A DNA stretch of 64,000 nucleotides from an uncultured Paludibacter sp. (GTDB lineage: Bacteria; Bacteroidota; Bacteroidia; Bacteroidales; Paludibacteraceae), in contig OY781920.1 in assembly GCA_963677275.1 (NCBI GenBank), positions 1,009,960-1,073,959 of the forward strand. Reading direction: 5' to 3'. The notes under the pieces are model-generated. The model did not search any database, had not been told where the DNA came from, and saw only the letters and a list, made by a program, of their open reading frames with translations. The translations under genes were made by a program, and so were the position numbers. How positions within the stretch are numbered: position 1 is the first letter of the stretch; every line of letters starts with the position of its first letter. Positions 1 to 8,862 of the stretch are shown piece by piece.

Positions 1-159
1 ATTCGAAAGCAATACTGCCGCTCCCACCTGAAAACCGGAATAGGGTGCATAGGCATTATTGGCTTGTGATTTCGCTTTTTCGATCAACATTTTATGTTCG
101 GCGCTCAATTCGTCAAAATCGCAAACACTCACTTTTGTTTCTATTATTTTTTCAATCAT
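1..159 (-). CDS. cdd: cytidine deaminase, N-terminal part (runs off the window start)
   Basis: Manual reverse translation from ATG at 159 gives MIEKIIETKVSVCDFDELSAEHKMLIEKAKSQANNAYAPYSGFQVGAAVLLSN, with the AYAPYSxFxVGAA motif. Divergent from the glucosaminidase, as in Bacteroides. Confidence 0.9.
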   Translation of the reverse strand, partial: MIEKIIETKVSVCDFDELSAEHKMLIEKAKSQANNAYAPYSGFQVGAAVLLSN

Positions 160-297
160 GTTTTTATTTTTTTAAGCCCTATATACCAGAGTTGGGGACT
201 TTATCTTCTTACAAAAGTATAAAATAATCCTTTCTAATCGATGTTTTTGTAGAAATAGTTATATTTTTGTGCTAAATAAATTATAATATCTTCCATT

Positions 298-1245
298 ATG
301 CGCATGCTCTCAATAAAACAAATTCTTGTATTTATATTCATTTTTACTTGTTCTTTCGTTTTTCCTCAAACCAAAAGTAAAGCTTACCTGAACTATATCG
401 AAGCTTACAATCAGCTGGCAGTGATACAGCAAAAAGAACACGGAATTCCTGCAAGCATCACATTAGCACAGGGTTTGCTTGAGTCGGGCGCTGGTCAAAG
501 CGAATTTGCTAAAAAATCGAACAATCATTTTGGCATAAAATGTCACGACTGGACCGGTGATAAAGTGTACCACGACGATGATAACAAGGGAGATTGTTTC
601 AGAAAATATGACAATGTGCTTGCATCGTTCGAAGATCATTCCTTCTTTTTGAAAAATAAACCCCGGTATGCTTTTTTGTTCGATTTAAGTCCCACCGATT
701 ACGAAAGTTGGGCGCACGGTCTTAAAAAGGCTGGTTATGCCACCGACCCTACCTATGCCTACAAACTTATCTCCATTATCGAAAACTACGGACTGCACAG
801 ATACGATCTAGTAAAAGGAACCGATAACACAATTGCTGATTCCAAACATTCAACCGAAAGAAATCAGCAAATTCAACCAACAATGGGCAATATCGCGGCT
901 ACTGAGCGCCACGAAGTTTACAAAAATAACCGTGTAAGATATGTAGTCGCTCAGGTCGGCGACAGCTATAGCAGCATCGCCGACGAGTTCGACCTTGACG
1001 AAAACAAGCTGAGAGCTTTTAACGAAGTGAAAGTTGCTACCGACTTGAATGCAGGTACACAGGTTTATCTGCAATTCAAAAGAAATAAGGCCGGTAAATC
1101 CTACTCCACACATGTAGTGCGTGAAGGTGAAACCATGTATCAGATTGCGCAACAATACGCCATAAAAACTGAAAAACTATATTTACTCAATAATAAAGAT
1201 TTCAGCGAAGGGGCAAAAACAGGAGAAGTATTACAGCTTAGGTAA
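298..1245 (+). CDS. glucosaminidase (GH73/FlgJ-like) peptidoglycan hydrolase with LysM domains
   Basis: Signal peptide, PASITLAQGLLESG, NNHFGIKC and GYATDPTY motifs; C-terminal LysM repeats (HVVREGETMYQIAQQY). Confidence 0.9.
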   Translation: MRMLSIKQILVFIFIFTCSFVFPQTKSKAYLNYIEAYNQLAVIQQKEHGIPASITLAQGLLESGAGQSEFAKKSNNHFGIKCHDWTGDKVYHDDDNKGDCFRKYDNVLASFEDHSFFLKNKPRYAFLFDLSPTDYESWAHGLKKAGYATDPTYAYKLISIIENYGLHRYDLVKGTDNTIADSKHSTERNQQIQPTMGNIAATERHEVYKNNRVRYVVAQVGDSYSSIADEFDLDENKLRAFNEVKVATDLNAGTQVYLQFKRNKAGKSYSTHVVREGETMYQIAQQYAIKTEKLYLLNNKDFSEGAKTGEVLQLR

Positions 1246-1264
1246 GCACAATAAAATCAGCATT

Positions 1265-1555
1265 ATGCGAAAAAAAAATACAGAATCCCTACGCGATGTG
1301 ATCGGTCAGGTTTTAAAATCGAATCATTTAGACAAACCTCTGAACGAAAAACGCATCATCGATGCCTGGCCGAAAATACTTGGAGAGAATATCATACAAT
1401 ACACAACAGAGTTGAGCATTAAAAATCGGGTTTTATACGTAACGCTGTCGTCTTCAGTTTTGCGACACGATTTGTTTCTGTCGCGCGAAGAGATAAAAAA
1501 TTCGCTGAACAAACAAGTGGGTGGTGAGGTCATCAACAGTATAGTGTTCAGATGA
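1265..1555 (+). CDS. DUF721 family protein (DciA-like helicase loader)
   Basis: 96 aa; WPKILGENI...LYVTLSSSVLRHDLFLSREEIKNSLN pattern typical of DUF721. Confidence 0.8.
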   Translation: MRKKNTESLRDVIGQVLKSNHLDKPLNEKRIIDAWPKILGENIIQYTTELSIKNRVLYVTLSSSVLRHDLFLSREEIKNSLNKQVGGEVINSIVFR

Positions 1556-1646
1556 TGGGGAGATAGTGATGCTTACCTGCTGCTTGCTATAAGGTTAAAT
1601 TATTGATGGACATGTTGTTTCCAAATGTTTTAATTTAGAAATCACG

Positions 1647-2180
1647 ATGAATTACAGAGCTTATTTACTGCAACCCTTGTCCAAAAAATTTGTTGACCAA
1701 TTGGCAGCGGAAGTGTTGATGCATCCCGATACTTTGCCTTCTGTCTATACGCTTATTTTCGATGCGGATACTACTGTGGCGTGGAGAGCGGCATGGACTT
1801 GCCAGAAAATCAGCGAGAAACAGCCAGAACTATTCAACGACAATTATTTTAATGAACTTGCTGCCATCAGCATTTCTACTTCGCACGATGGTATAAAGCG
1901 AGGATGCCTTAGTATCCTCAACCGTTTGCCAATTCCACGACCCATTCCGGTGGCGCTTATTAATGCCTGTTTCGATGGGATGATTTCGACTAAATCGGCT
2001 GTTGCGGTTCAGGCATTATCTTTAAAACTTTTATATAAATTTTGCCTGACAGAGCCCGATTTGATTCCTGAATTAGTGGCTTATCTTGAAAACTTCGAAA
2101 ATGAAGGCCTATCTCCGGGCATGCTATCGACAAGAAGAAATGTAATTAAGCTACTGAAAAACAACAAACAAAAATCATAA
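1647..2180 (+). CDS. hypothetical alpha-helical (HEAT/ARM-like) protein
   Basis: 177-aa ORF with VAWRAAW and Leu-rich helical repeats; ATG with A/T-rich upstream sequence. Confidence 0.6.
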   Translation: MNYRAYLLQPLSKKFVDQLAAEVLMHPDTLPSVYTLIFDADTTVAWRAAWTCQKISEKQPELFNDNYFNELAAISISTSHDGIKRGCLSILNRLPIPRPIPVALINACFDGMISTKSAVAVQALSLKLLYKFCLTEPDLIPELVAYLENFENEGLSPGMLSTRRNVIKLLKNNKQKS

Positions 2181-2225
2181 AATTATCATAATTCCAAAGA
2201 TTGCACAGTTTCGTGAAAAAAGTGT

Positions 2226-2233
2226 TATTTTTG
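2226..2233 (+). promoter_or_regulatory. Bacteroidetes sigma-A -7 element (TATTTTTG) for the carboxyltransferase operon
   Basis: Matches TAnnTTTG; TTG at 2201-2203. Confidence 0.55.
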
Positions 2234-2297
2234 CCTCGAATTAAATCCGGTCATAAATTGAAATGACTTAGTATTAATTTTAGTTTAATAAAAAAAT

Positions 2298-3842
2298 ATG
2301 TCATTAAAGAAAAACATTCTGGCATTACGACAAAAAAAAGCCATCGTTGAAAAAGGAGGCGGCGACAAAGCCATTGAAAAACAGTTAGCAATGGGTAAAT
2401 TGACTGCCAGAGAACGAATTTTGGGCTTATTAGATCCCGATTCATTTCATGAGTATGATCTTTTTGTAGAACATGAAGAGCAAAATTTTGGGATGGCGAG
2501 CAAAGAGCTTCCGGGCGATGGAGTAATTACAGGAACAGGTACTATTAAAGGCGCTCCTGTTTGCATTTATGCACAGGACTTTACAGTAATGGGTGGTTCA
2601 TTAGGACTAAAACACGCGCGTAAAATCACAAAAATAATGGATCACGCCCTGAAAATGAAAGTTCCCTGTATCGGTATCAACGATTCGGGAGGTGCACGTA
2701 TTCAGGAAGGAATTGGGGCTTTAGCCGGGTATGGCGAAATATTTTATCGCAACACTATGGCTTCGGGCGTAATTCCTCAGATATCAGTTATTCTCGGTCC
2801 ATGTGCCGGGGGAGCTGTTTATTCGCCAGCCCTTACCGATTTTGTATTTGTGGTTGAAAACATATCAAAAATGTTCATTACGGGCCCTAACGTAATTGAA
2901 ACAGTGCTGGGTGAAAAAATTTCGCAGGAAGATCTTGGAGGTGCACGCGTACACGCCGAAATTACCGGCAACGCGCATTTTTATGCGTTGAGCGAATTAG
3001 AATGTCTCGATCAGATCAAACAGCTGATTTCCCTTATTCCTCACAACAATCAGACAAAAGCAGCTAAGGTTGAGCCCAAGAAACCAAAATCGAGAAAAAA
3101 CATCGAAAATATCATTCCATCTGATCCAAAACAACCTTATGACGTACGCGAAATAATTTTCGCACTGGCCGACGATTCGAAATTCCTCGAAGTTCAGGAA
3201 TTGTGGGCGCCTAATATTGTTATTGGTTTCGGACGTTTGGAAGGCGAAACAGTAGGTTTCGTGGCCAATCAGCCTATGTATCTTGCAGGTGTTCTCGATT
3301 GCGATGCATCCGACAAAGCAGCCCGCTTTATTCGTTTCTGCGACGCATTTAATATTCCTATTATCACGCTCGAAGACATGCCGGGCTATTTGCCAGGAGT
3401 AGATCAGGAACATGCAGGCGTTATCCGTCACGGCGCTAAAATGCTTTACGCTTATTCCGAAGCTACAGTGCCTAAAATTACTGTCATTCTGCGAAAAGCC
3501 TATGGTGGTGGCTATATTGCCATGAACTCGCGTCACCTTGGCGCCGACTTTATGTTTGCGTGGCCGGGTGCCGAAATTGCTGTAATGGGACCTGAAGGAG
3601 CAGCCAATATCATTTTCCGTAAAGAAATTATGGAAGCCGAAGATGAAGATGCAATGCGCCAGATCAAAGTGAAAGAATATATTGAAAAATTTGCAAATCC
3701 TTACGTAGCGGCATCAAAAGGTTACATCGATGCAGTGATTGAACCTCTTGAAACCCGTGATTTGTTATTGCATGCCCTCGATGTTTCGAAAAACAAAGAC
3801 GATCATCGTCCTGCTAAAAAACACGGGATTCCTCCATTTTGA
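2298..3842 (+). CDS. acyl-CoA carboxylase carboxyltransferase (beta/12S-like) subunit
   Basis: [43 protein letters not shown] motifs and KKHGIPPF C-terminus. Confidence 0.92.
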   Translation: MSLKKNILALRQKKAIVEKGGGDKAIEKQLAMGKLTARERILGLLDPDSFHEYDLFVEHEEQNFGMASKELPGDGVITGTGTIKGAPVCIYAQDFTVMGGSLGLKHARKITKIMDHALKMKVPCIGINDSGGARIQEGIGALAGYGEIFYRNTMASGVIPQISVILGPCAGGAVYSPALTDFVFVVENISKMFITGPNVIETVLGEKISQEDLGGARVHAEITGNAHFYALSELECLDQIKQLISLIPHNNQTKAAKVEPKKPKSRKNIENIIPSDPKQPYDVREIIFALADDSKFLEVQELWAPNIVIGFGRLEGETVGFVANQPMYLAGVLDCDASDKAARFIRFCDAFNIPIITLEDMPGYLPGVDQEHAGVIRHGAKMLYAYSEATVPKITVILRKAYGGGYIAMNSRHLGADFMFAWPGAEIAVMGPEGAANIIFRKEIMEAEDEDAMRQIKVKEYIEKFANPYVAASKGYIDAVIEPLETRDLLLHALDVSKNKDDHRPAKKHGIPPF

Positions 3843-3905
3843 TGGAGTTTGATTCAAGCTCATTTATTGAACTTTTTAATCGTTATCTTATAAAATTAAA
3901 ACATA

Positions 3906-4241
3906 ATGAATAAGAAAAAAGTAACTCCCGAATTGGTAGACTTTGCAGTGACAGCTCGTAAATACAAAACACAGCTTACAACGAAATACATGAACCGTAA
4001 GGTTTGGGTGGATCCTAATCCTTACGATGTTCAGTCGTCAATTCCGGGTACTATTATACAAATATCGGTCGCCGAGGGTGAAATCGTAAAAGAAGGTGCG
4101 CCTTTGCTCATACTCGAAGCCATGAAAATGCTGAACCGTATTGAAATGCCTTTTACTGCGCGTATCAAAAAGATAAACGTAGCAGTTGGCGAGCGGATTC
4201 CGAAGGAAACCCTGATGATAGAATTGGAAGCAGTAGAATAA
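3906..4241 (+). CDS. small biotin carboxyl carrier protein
   Basis: IPGTI...LEAMKM biotinylation motif; 111 aa. Confidence 0.88.
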   Translation: MNKKKVTPELVDFAVTARKYKTQLTTKYMNRKVWVDPNPYDVQSSIPGTIIQISVAEGEIVKEGAPLLILEAMKMLNRIEMPFTARIKKINVAVGERIPKETLMIELEAVE

Positions 4242-4267
4242 CTGCTCAATTTATCGAAATAAAAAAT

Positions 4268-4306
4268 TAAACTCAATCGGGACAAAAGACCTGATTGAGT
4301 TTTTTT
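4268..4306. terminator. intrinsic terminator, likely bidirectional
   Basis: ACTCAATC/GATTGAGT stem with T-run, between convergent genes. Confidence 0.75.
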
Positions 4307-4359
4307 GTGCTTTTTGTATAAACTTTCGGGACAACCCTGATGATAGAATGACGCTTGCT

Positions 4360-5319
4360 TCATTTATCTGGCATATAATACTGAAAAAAGCCGATTATTT
4401 CCATTGTAAGTGCAATAAATACATGCACAATAACGCCTCCCCAGATATGACGCGTTTGATAAGCCAGCGCACCCAATACGTAACCTCCAAACAACGATGA
4501 TATGGTTTCGACAGGTGGCTTGCCAAAATGAATCACAACGTACATGGCTACCATGGGCAAAACAGCGCCACGCCCCAAAATACCCACCATACCAATGACC
4601 AACGCCCCTCTGAAAAGCAATTCAGTCATAATAAAATCAATTGCATACGAAATTTCGAATAAGGCAGTGCTTTCCCACGATTTTAATCCTAAAACACCTT
4701 CGTAAAACCAGGGCTTAAATTGCGGATAGGCAAACTGAAAATCGGCAGAATAAGAGGCGAGAACTAAAAATGGAAGAAGTAATACAAAGAAAGTAAAATA
4801 TCCTTTCAAGTATTTTGTATTGAGCGACAATCCATACAATCCTTCCGTTTTACGGTCGACCATCAGTTTCATCAAAACAAGGGGAACAAAATAAAAAACA
4901 AGACTCTTCAACTGTGAGAATATCCGAATAAGAAATTTACTTTCTTCATCGAATAACGAAGGGAACTGCCATCGATGATATCCATAATAGCCTATCGAAA
5001 AGCCATAAATAACAACTATAAATAAACTCTTGAAGTAAAATCCGGGATTTTTGAGTACTGCCACATCCTTTCGGAGAAGGAAAATGGGAATCGCAACCAA
5101 AAAATAAACAGCAGCATAAAATACAGGAAAAAGCCACACCGAACTACCATCGAAATAGCTATTCAATAATACTTTGCTATAAAATCCCCATGAATAATTA
5201 AAATAAACAGCTACAATAACAATAAGGAAAGTGAATAGATATGAACTCAAATGGAAGTCCGATTTTATAAATTTCCATACTTCATTCAAAAGCAAAGTAA
5301 GTTCTTTAAACATCTCCAT
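4360..5319 (-). CDS. CPBP (CAAX/Abi) family intramembrane metalloprotease
   Basis: TELLFRG, HFGKP and VHVFIA motifs; multiple hydrophobic segments. Confidence 0.8.
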   Translation of the reverse strand: MEMFKELTLLLNEVWKFIKSDFHLSSYLFTFLIVIVAVYFNYSWGFYSKVLLNSYFDGSSVWLFPVFYAAVYFLVAIPIFLLRKDVAVLKNPGFYFKSLFIVVIYGFSIGYYGYHRWQFPSLFDEESKFLIRIFSQLKSLVFYFVPLVLMKLMVDRKTEGLYGLSLNTKYLKGYFTFFVLLLPFLVLASYSADFQFAYPQFKPWFYEGVLGLKSWESTALFEISYAIDFIMTELLFRGALVIGMVGILGRGAVLPMVAMYVVIHFGKPPVETISSLFGGYVLGALAYQTRHIWGGVIVHVFIALTMEIIGFFQYYMPDK

Positions 5320-5854
5320 TATACTTTATAATCATTTCAGAATGAATTTTTTCGATCAGACTCTGATATTCGTTTTCGAAATTTGGTGTAAAGATTTTCT
5401 TACCAATGTGCTCAACTATCTCGTCCCTGTTCCAAAATTTTCCATCCATAATCTCAACCGGATCAGGCTGTATTTTTCCATCGTAAACAGTATAAAAACA
5501 GTGTACCAACTCAGCTTCACGGGTCGAAACAAACTTATAACGCCTAATAAAAACAGGCTCAAAATCGGTTATGCCCAATTCCTCACCCACTTCGCGCCGA
5601 AGCGCTACCTCAATTGTTTCGCCGTAATCAACATGACCACCCACCGAAGTGTCCCATTTTCCAGGTTGAATATCTTTGTCCATTGCTCTTTTCTGAAGGT
5701 ACAACTTCCCTTCGGAATTAAACACATGTAAATGAACCACAGGATGTAATAAAAAAGTACCCGAATGACATTCAGTACGTGTAGCCATTCCTGTAAGGTT
5801 ACCCTCTTCGTCAACAAGCGGAAAATACTCAGTAGTTTTTGTTTTCATAGGCAC
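5306..5854 (-). CDS. NUDIX hydrolase (IPP-isomerase/YfcD-like subfamily)
   Basis: GGHVDYGETIEVALRREVGEELG Nudix box; HPVVHLHVFN...LQKRA. Confidence 0.85.
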   Translation of the reverse strand: MPMKTKTTEYFPLVDEEGNLTGMATRTECHSGTFLLHPVVHLHVFNSEGKLYLQKRAMDKDIQPGKWDTSVGGHVDYGETIEVALRREVGEELGITDFEPVFIRRYKFVSTREAELVHCFYTVYDGKIQPDPVEIMDGKFWNRDEIVEHIGKKIFTPNFENEYQSLIEKIHSEMIIKYNGDV

Positions 5855-6014
5855 AAATTAATGATTTTTTTTTGAGAAAGTAAAATAAAAACTAAAAAAA
5901 TACGTAAATATATTTATCACTTATTGAATTGAATACGTTTGAAACAATTTTATTAATCGCTGAGTATTTAAAGGCATTCAGCAGCTATTTTTCGTTTATA
6001 TAAAAGGTTTGTAG

Positions 6015-6022
6015 TATCTTTG
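6015..6022 (+). promoter_or_regulatory. sigma-A -7 element (TATCTTTG) upstream of the nucleotide-sugar dehydrogenase
   Basis: Matches TAnnTTTG about 60 nt before the ATG. Confidence 0.55.
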
Positions 6023-6084
6023 TGACCGCTTTTGCAGATACAAAATAAACTTAATAAATTGAAAAATAAAATTAAATTTCTTAT

Positions 6085-7374
6085 ATGAAAGAGTTTAAAA
6101 TTGCAGTAATTGGCTTAGGTTATGTAGGTTTACCATTGGCCATCGAGTTTGGTAAAAAGTATAAAGTACTTGGCTTCGATATCAATCAAAAAAGGGTTGA
6201 AGAGCTGCAAAACGGTTTTGATCATACGCTCGAAGCCGATTTGGAGGGTATGAATGAAGCCATTAACATTCGTAAAACCCATCCCGATCTGGGTCTGTCC
6301 TTCTCCTCCGACGCATCTGATTTGATAAATTATAACACTTATATAGTTACCGTTCCCACGCCTATCAATAACTTCAATATGCCCGACTTGCGACCCCTTA
6401 TAAAAGCTTCGCAAATGCTTGGCCGCGTAGTGAAAAAGGATGATATAGTTATTTATGAATCCACTACCTATCCCGGCTGTACCGAAGAAGACTGCGTTCC
6501 ACAGATAGAAAAAACATCAGGATTGAAATTTAACGTTGATTTCTTTGCAGGCTATAGCCCTGAACGTATCAATCCCGGCGACAAAGTAAACACCCTGACA
6601 AAAATTAAAAAGGTTACTTCCGGATCAACACCCGAAGTTGCCGATATTGTAAACGATCTTTATGCCTCCATCATTACCGCTGGAACACACAAAGCGCCCT
6701 GCATAAAAGTGGCCGAAGCTTCTAAAATTATCGAAAATGCCCAACGCGATGTCAATATCTCTTTTGTTAATGAATTGGCGCTGATTTTCGACAAAGTAGG
6801 CATCGATACCAACGATGTACTCGATGCTGCCGGCACTAAATGGAATTTTCTGAAATATCGTCCGGGACTTGTTGGTGGACATTGTATCAGTGTCGATCCC
6901 TATTATCTGGCCAGCAAGGCAGAGTCACTCGGTTACGTTCCGCAGGTGATCCTTTCGGGGCGCCATGTGAACAACAGCATTGCACCTTTTATAGCCAACA
7001 AAGTACTGAAACTAATGATTCAGAAGGGACAAACGATCAAAGGAGCCAATGTACTGATCCTCGGTGTAACTTTTAAAGAAAATTGCCCCGACATCAGGAA
7101 CACCAAAGTCATCGATATTTACAACGAATTCTGCGAGTTTGGAACTAAGGTTGATATCTACGATCCCTGGGCCATAGCCGAAGAAGTGAAACACGAATAT
7201 GGAGTGGACATTATCAACGAACTTGATGAAAATAAAAAGTACCAGGCTGTTTTACTTGCTGTTGCCCACGACGAATTTCAAACTTTTGATTTCGAAAAAC
7301 ACTTCTCATCCGGTGCCGTAGTATTCGATGCCAAAGCGGTGGTGGACAGACAGTGGGTGGACGGAAGATTGTAG
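6085..7374 (+). CDS. UDP-N-acetylhexosamine 6-dehydrogenase (TviB/WbpO/WecC family)
   Basis: IAVIGLGYVGLPLA, YESTTYPG, YSPERINPG and GGHCISVDPYYL motifs. Confidence 0.92.
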   Translation: MKEFKIAVIGLGYVGLPLAIEFGKKYKVLGFDINQKRVEELQNGFDHTLEADLEGMNEAINIRKTHPDLGLSFSSDASDLINYNTYIVTVPTPINNFNMPDLRPLIKASQMLGRVVKKDDIVIYESTTYPGCTEEDCVPQIEKTSGLKFNVDFFAGYSPERINPGDKVNTLTKIKKVTSGSTPEVADIVNDLYASIITAGTHKAPCIKVAEASKIIENAQRDVNISFVNELALIFDKVGIDTNDVLDAAGTKWNFLKYRPGLVGGHCISVDPYYLASKAESLGYVPQVILSGRHVNNSIAPFIANKVLKLMIQKGQTIKGANVLILGVTFKENCPDIRNTKVIDIYNEFCEFGTKVDIYDPWAIAEEVKHEYGVDIINELDENKKYQAVLLAVAHDEFQTFDFEKHFSSGAVVFDAKAVVDRQWVDGRL

Positions 7375-7528
7375 GGAAGTGAGACAATATATTAATATAT
7401 ATTAGTTTTAGTATTTAAGCATTAAAACACTATTCGATTGTTTAGATATTTATTCAGATTTCCCAATTATTCATTTTAATATAAATTTCATTGACTTCGT
7501 TTTTTGAGACTGATTGAAAGGTCTATTG

Positions 7529-7536
7529 TACCTTTG
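7529..7536 (+). promoter_or_regulatory. sigma-A promoter for the wzy-wzx cassette
   Basis: TACCTTTG with TTTG at 7503-7506. Confidence 0.55.
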
Positions 7537-7578
7537 TGAGGCGAGGAAAAGTGCTGTTTTATTCGAAAAAATATACTA

Positions 7579-8850
7579 ATGTTTCAACTAATTCTAATTT
7601 TATTTTTTTCTATTTTTATTTTAATTGCTATAAATAAAAGAGATTTTTTTGAACCGGCAAAGTTATTTACAATTATTTGGATTGCACAAATGATATTGGT
7701 AAAAATACTTTTCTATGAAACATACGAATTTAGTGGGTTCAATTTCTTTTATTTATTTGCAGCCGTAACAGTAGTGTTAATTGGGTCAATGCTTGGTCAG
7801 AAATTCAATTTTTCTAACAGAATTAACACTAATAATACCTATGAATTAAATATTTCCAAAGCAAACAGATTGTTTTATTTGATATTGATATTGTCGTTAA
7901 TTTACCCATTTGTAAAAATTAGTCAATACGGATTTGGAGTAGAATTTATCCTGAATTTAAATTCTTTACTCGAAATGAATAATGTGATTGCAAATGAAAG
8001 ATACACCGGAGGTGAAATCAATACAATATTCGATCAGATTTTGTTAGTGTTTTTATATTTAGCGCCATTGTATGGTGGATATTTACAAACATTTGCTTTA
8101 AAGAGAAAATGGATTTATTATTTAGTATTACTGCCTCCCTTATTTGTGGCAATCTCTCAGTCTATGAAAGCCGGTTTTATTTCCAGTGTATTTATGTTTT
8201 TAGCAAGTAGAATTATTTCATTCAAGCTTCATACAGGTGAATTTCCAAAAATAACATTAAAAGGAGTTGGTAAAACTGCATTTGCATTTGCATTGTTTTT
8301 GGGAATTTTATTTTTTTCCATGTTGCTGAGGACGGATGGTATAGATGCTGAAAATGTCAGATCAATAGGTTATCGCTTTGTGAATTATGCTTTGGGGCAT
8401 ATGGTTGCCTTTGATGAATGGTTAACTAATTTATATGATCCTAATACTCCGTTTGAATTAAAAACCTTTTATGGAATTTCAAATGTTTTAGGAATAGGAG
8501 AGAGAATGCAGGGTGTTTTCGATGATTTTATTGATTATAGTAATGCAAGCTTTCCGGATGAGATGGTGACAAATGTTTTTTCGGTTTTTCGATCTTTAAT
8601 TGAAGATTTTGGGGTATTAGGAAGTTTATTTTTTTTGGTTATTTTTGGTTACTTGTCAGGTGTTTCTTATAAAGCATTGTTAGAGAAGCCGATGATGTCA
8701 TGTTTTAATACGGTGTTTATCATATCGATATATATATTTATTTTTTATTCATTTATTACTTCCTTTTGGTCATATACGAGTTATATTGCTGCTTTCTTCT
8801 TGTTTTATATAGTGTTGAGAATGATTCATAGTAGAGTTGCATTTGAATAA
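7579..8850 (+). CDS. wzy: O-antigen/polysaccharide polymerase (Wzy)
   Basis: 423-aa polytopic membrane protein with two soluble loops, NVFSVFRSLIEDFG segment, AT-rich, inside a polysaccharide cluster. Confidence 0.72.
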   Translation: MFQLILILFFSIFILIAINKRDFFEPAKLFTIIWIAQMILVKILFYETYEFSGFNFFYLFAAVTVVLIGSMLGQKFNFSNRINTNNTYELNISKANRLFYLILILSLIYPFVKISQYGFGVEFILNLNSLLEMNNVIANERYTGGEINTIFDQILLVFLYLAPLYGGYLQTFALKRKWIYYLVLLPPLFVAISQSMKAGFISSVFMFLASRIISFKLHTGEFPKITLKGVGKTAFAFALFLGILFFSMLLRTDGIDAENVRSIGYRFVNYALGHMVAFDEWLTNLYDPNTPFELKTFYGISNVLGIGERMQGVFDDFIDYSNASFPDEMVTNVFSVFRSLIEDFGVLGSLFFLVIFGYLSGVSYKALLEKPMMSCFNTVFIISIYIFIFYSFITSFWSYTSYIAAFFLFYIVLRMIHSRVAFE

Positions 8851-8862
8851 TCGAGGAAGTTA

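Noticed and set aside
7430-7570. Invertible promoter in front of wzy
   Set aside because: No convincing inverted repeats flank the TACCTTTG element, and there is no recombinase nearby.
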